Shown here piece after piece: positions 63,355 to 64,000 of a DNA stretch of 64,000 nt. The stretch lies in assembly GCA_047967505.1 (NCBI GenBank), contig CM106538.1. One strand, given 5' to 3'. The translations under genes and the position numbers were made by a program. The notes beneath the pieces were generated by a model that was not told where the DNA came from, did not search any database, and worked only from the letters and a program-made list of their open reading frames with translations. The DNA comes from Dipteris shenzhenensis (taxonomy: Eukaryota). How positions within the stretch are numbered: position 1 is the stretch's first letter; the number at the start of each line of letters is the position of its first letter.

Positions 63355-64000
63355 TGTTATGGATAAAATTGTCTAAGGAAAAAAGCATTAATATGTGTGT
63401 GTGTTTGTATGTGTGGCAATAGTATAATAAAATATGGTGTGCATAGGGCCCAGGGTTGAGGTGGTAGGGCATGACCATGTGCCACCCTTCCATGTAAGAG
63501 GACCCATAAGGTGTGATCCATGGTAGTAATATTATAAAATGTAAGGTGGCATGGCTCCTCCATGTGCCACCCTTCCACCTAGGCTGCATTTAGTGAGATA
63601 TGGCTCAAAGTCCGTGGGAGAAGTAATATAAAATAGGTGGAGATGGATATTATATTGGGTTATTCCCTCCATATAGGATAGGCCCATGTGGGGGAGGTAT
63701 GGAAGGTCCAAGAGAGCAAGTTAAATAATGGGGAAAGTAGGATGAGATGGCAAGATTCCTTGTGCCAACTCTCCACTTGTCCTCCTAGAGGTTTGAACGT
63801 ATTATAAAATTGGAAAGAGACCAAGGGATATCATAGACTTGAGATATGGGGCTTGATTTATGTGGAAAAATGAGGCAAAGGGTTGTCGCACACAATTGAG
63901 AGTGTGTAACCGCCTAGCCCACATGGGAGACTTTTCCACACACACCATGCATGTGGGAGGATGCATTTATTGGGAGAGACCCCCTCTCTTGGCTATAAAA
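63355..64000 (+). repeat. Gypsy 3' LTR (partial)
   Basis: Starts TGTTATGGATAAAATTG immediately after the purine tract GGGGGGGGAA. Confidence 0.88.

Larger units (their letters stand above)
53746..64000 (+). mobile_element. Ty3/Gypsy LTR retrotransposon, degenerate, with nested Copia; 3' LTR runs off the window
   Basis: The 45-bp stub of a 5' LTR at 53746-53790 matches the 3' LTR start at 63355. gag knuckle CYECHQKGH at ~54390, domain order PR-RT-RH-INT, PPT at ~63344-63353. Confidence 0.88.

Overview
Repeat-dense land-plant DNA with plant telomere repeats (TTTAGGG), spliceosomal introns and a tRNA-Met PBS. A fern or other non-seed plant is only a guess. I found no intact host gene; the window is a nest of decayed transposons. 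A near full-length L1/Tx1-like LINE (minus strand, ~1459-30838) lies between two (CA)n tracts and is split by two large DNA transposons. (1) An 8.5 kb element (3852-12354) has 29-bp CATTAGGGG TIRs and no clean TSD. It encodes a spliced RAG1/Transib-like DDE transposase, a convergent gene with a putative BAH domain and ubiquitin-like C-terminus, and two further ORFs, one starting with a histone-H3-tail-like MARVKQIAR. (2) A 15.2 kb Sola2-like element (13275-28521) has 29-bp TIRs and an ATAT TSD. It carries a spliced transposase, a convergent RING-H2 cargo gene, arrays of a 16-bp palindrome, and a two-part satellite in which six units have part of the monomer replaced by telomeric repeats. The right half holds a MITE, microsatellites, degenerate LINE and Copia remnants, and a Ty3/Gypsy element containing a Ty1/Copia whose RNase H segment is inverted. 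All protein assignments are by-eye motif recognition, not database results.
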